A DNA stretch of 63,954 nucleotides, filler included, from Candidatus Eiseniibacteriota bacterium (GTDB taxonomy: Bacteria > Orphanbacterota > Orphanbacteria > Orphanbacterales > Orphanbacteraceae): the NCBI GenBank assembly GCA_043809585.1. It is 5 parts of 5 records of this genome, joined end to end, with 100 filler letters (N's around TTAATTAATTAA, not from the genome) between each part and the next. Parts side by side here need not be neighbours in the genome. Positions count along the whole stretch, not along the records: positions 61,486 to 63,954 come from JBDROZ010000077.1; 4 more parts are not named here. One strand, given 5' to 3'. The notes below the pieces were generated by a model that saw only the letters and a list, made by a program, of their open reading frames with translations, did no database searches and was not told the origin of the DNA. Positions 61,486-63,954 of this stretch are shown here, one piece after another. The translations under genes and the position numbers were made by a program. Position 1 is the first letter of the stretch, and each line of letters opens with the position of its first letter.

Positions 61486-62902
61486 CCCGGTCGAGGTAGG
61501 CGCGGATCACGCCGGCCACGCGGGCCACGTCACGGGCCCACTCCCGGGGCTTCAAGTCTTCCGCCCGGAACGTGTCGTCGATGAAGTGGGTGTCGTAATT
61601 CCCCTCCTGGAACCGCTTCTGCTTCAGCGCCCAGAGGTGGAAGGGAAGATTGTGGCGGATACCCTTGATCGCGTACTCGCCGAGGGCCCGGCGGGCGCGG
61701 GCGATGCAGAGGTCCCGGTCTTCCGCCCACACCGCCAGTTTCGCCAGGAGCGGGTCGTAGAGAACCGGGACCTCGTATCCGGCGTAGATGCCGCAATCGT
61801 TCCGCACCCCCGGCCCTTCGGGCAGGTTGAGCCGGAGAATCTTGCCCGCCGACGGGAGGAACTTCTGCATCGGGTCCTCCGCATACACGCGGAACTCCAT
61901 GGCGTGGCCCCGGAAGGTGATATCCTCCTGCTTCCGGCCGAGACGCTCCCCCGCCGCGATGCGCACCTGCTCCCGGACCAGGTCGATTCCGGTGGTCATC
62001 TCGGTCACCGGGTGCTCCACCTGGAGGCGTGTGTTCATCTCGAGGAAGTAGAATTTTCGGTCCCGGCCCATGACGAACTCGACGGTCCCGGCGCTCTTGT
62101 ACCGGACCGCCTTCGCCGCCTCCACCGCCGCCCGGCCGAGACTCTCCCGGAGTTCGGGGGTCACCACCGGGCTCGGACATTCCTCGATCACCTTCTGGAA
62201 ACGGCGCTGCACGGAGCATTCCCGCTCGCCGAGATGAATCACCTCGCCATGGGCGTCGCCGAGAACCTGCACCTCGATGTGGCGGGGCCCCTCGATGTAC
62301 TTCTCGAGGAAGACGGTGCCGTCGCCGAAGGCCTTCAGCGCCTCCGACTTCGTCCTCTCCACGGCACCGGCGAGCTCCTTCTCCCCGTGGACGATGCGCA
62401 TCCCCTTGCCGCCCCCCCCCGCCGCCGCTTTCAGGATGACGGGATAGCCCATGGACGCGGCCTGGGCGATCGCCTCCTTCGGGTCCTCGATCGGCTCCCC
62501 CGTCCCCGGGATGACCGGCACGCCCCGCTCGACCATCCGCCGCCGGGCGGCGACCTTGTTCCCCATGACCTCCATCGCCTCGGGGCCCGGCCCGATGAAG
62601 ACGACGCCCGCCGCCTCGCAGGCCCGGGCGAACGCGGGATTCTCGGAGAGGAATCCGTAGCCGGGATGGACCGCGTCGGCGCCGCATTTCACGGCGATCC
62701 CCACCACACGGTCGATGTCGAGGTAACTCTCGGCGGACGGAGGAGGTCCGCACAGGTACGCTTCGTCGGCGTGGATCACGTGAAGGGCCGTCCGGTCCGC
62801 CTCGCTGTAGATCGCCGCCGAACGGATCCCCTGTTCCCGGAGGGAGCGGATCACGCGGACCGCGATCTCCCCCCGGTTCGCCACCAGCACTTTGCGGAAC
62901 AC
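61486..62902 (-). CDS. accC: Biotin carboxylase subunit of an acyl-CoA carboxylase, 3' end cut by gap
   Basis: VLVANRGEIA, HPGYGFLSEN, GGGGKGMR, RECSVQRR, EMNTRLQVEH. Confidence 0.95.
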
Positions 62903-62921
62903 CTTGGGAGCCCTCCCCGTT

Positions 62922-63954
62922 CTACAGCGGGATGTTGCCGTGCTTCTTCCTCGGAATGGTCTGCCTCTTGTTCTGGAGGCTCTCGAGAGCCCGGATTACC
63001 CGGGGCCTGGTCTCGCTCGGTTCGATCACGTCGTCGAGGTAACCGAGGCCGGCGGCGACATAGGGGTTCATGAACTTCCGGTTGAACTCGTCGATGTACT
63101 TCTGCCGGATCCCGTCCTGGTCCTCCGGGTCGGCCCCCTCGATCTCCCTCCGGTAGAGGATGTTCACCGCCCCCTCGGCGCCCATGACGGCCAGTTCCGC
63201 GCCGGGCCACGCCACGTTGTAGTCCCCCCGGATATGCTTGGAGGACATGACGTCGTATGCGCCGCCGTACGCCTTGCGTGTCACCACGGTGATTTTGGGG
63301 ACCGTGGCCTCGCAGTAGGCGTAGAGGAGCTTCGCCCCGTTCCGGATGATGCCGCCGTGCTCCTGGTCGACACCGGGGAGGAATCCGGGCACGTCCTCGA
63401 ACGTGAGGATCGGTATGTTGAAGGCGTCGCAGAAGCGGATGAAGCGGGCCCCCTTGATCGACGAGTTGATGTCGAGCACGCCGGCGAGCACCTTCGGTTG
63501 GTTCGCCACGACGCCGACGCTCCGGCCGTTCATGCGGGCGAATCCGACGACGATGTTCATGGCGAAGTGGGAATGGGCCTCGAAGAAATCGCCGTCGTCC
63601 ACGACGAGTCGGATGACGTCGAGAATGTCGTAGGGCGCTTTCGGATTCGCCGGCACCACCGTGTCGAGGGCCTTGTCCTTCCGGTGCGGATCGTCGTCCG
63701 GATCTTTCCGGGGCGGGTCTTCCAGGTTGTTCGACGGGATGAAAGAGAGTAGGCGCCGCATCGAAAGGATGCACTCCTGCTCGTTCTCCGAGAGGAAATG
63801 GGCAACGCCGCTCCTCTCGTTGTGGGTCATCGCGCCCCCGAGCTCCTCGGAAGTGACCTCCTCGTTCGTCACCATCTTGATCACGTTCGGACCGGTGACG
63901 AACATGTAGCTCGTCTTGTCGACCATGAAGGTGAAGTCGGTGATCGCCGGCGAG
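62922..63954 (-). CDS. pccB: Acyl-CoA carboxylase carboxyltransferase beta subunit (PccB-like), 5' partial
   Basis: MFVTGP, DVPGFLPG..QEHGGII, RKAYGGAY, KKHGNIPL. Confidence 0.93.
   Translation of the reverse strand, partial: SPAITDFTFMVDKTSYMFVTGPNVIKMVTNEEVTSEELGGAMTHNERSGVAHFLSENEQECILSMRRLLSFIPSNNLEDPPRKDPDDDPHRKDKALDTVVPANPKAPYDILDVIRLVVDDGDFFEAHSHFAMNIVVGFARMNGRSVGVVANQPKVLAGVLDINSSIKGARFIRFCDAFNIPILTFEDVPGFLPGVDQEHGGIIRNGAKLLYAYCEATVPKITVVTRKAYGGAYDVMSSKHIRGDYNVAWPGAELAVMGAEGAVNILYRREIEGADPEDQDGIRQKYIDEFNRKFMNPYVAAGLGYLDDVIEPSETRPRVIRALESLQNKRQTIPRKKHGNIPL

Overview
High-GC bacterial DNA made of five contigs joined by artificial 100-nt N/TTAATTAATTAA linkers (18493-18592, 37995-38094, 52073-52172, 61386-61485), so synteny across those joins is not real. 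Most of it is housekeeping: smpB-amidase-GerMN-murI-rph-rdgB-tRNA-Pro/Arg, tRNA-Leu, folC/lolA, rpsU/rpmI, priA, tgt, yebC-ruvCAB-queA, rlmI, tag, pepF, an alternative complex III operon (actABCDE, probably actF), nifJ-type PFOR with a DHODH-like partner, two histidine kinases and acyl-CoA carboxylase subunits. A secreted FlgD-Ig-tailed protease hints at an FCB-related candidate phylum (inference). Highlights: (1) a 4-heme OmcS-like cytochrome lacking the N-terminal two hemes; (2) a 174-nt repeated element with compensatory pairing that looks like an unannotated structured RNA; (3) several MITE families with IS1380-like ends that sit at CTAG/CTAA/TTAA, often exactly on TAG stop codons, and share an internal tandem-GA hairpin; (4) a small Cys-rich ORF between rpsU and an rpmI that lacks infC/rplT; (5) an apparently catalytically dead phosphomannomutase fold next to a sensor kinase; (6) a membrane glycosyltransferase split at a G8-C-G8 tract. 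All calls come from reading the sequence and recalled motifs; no searches were run.
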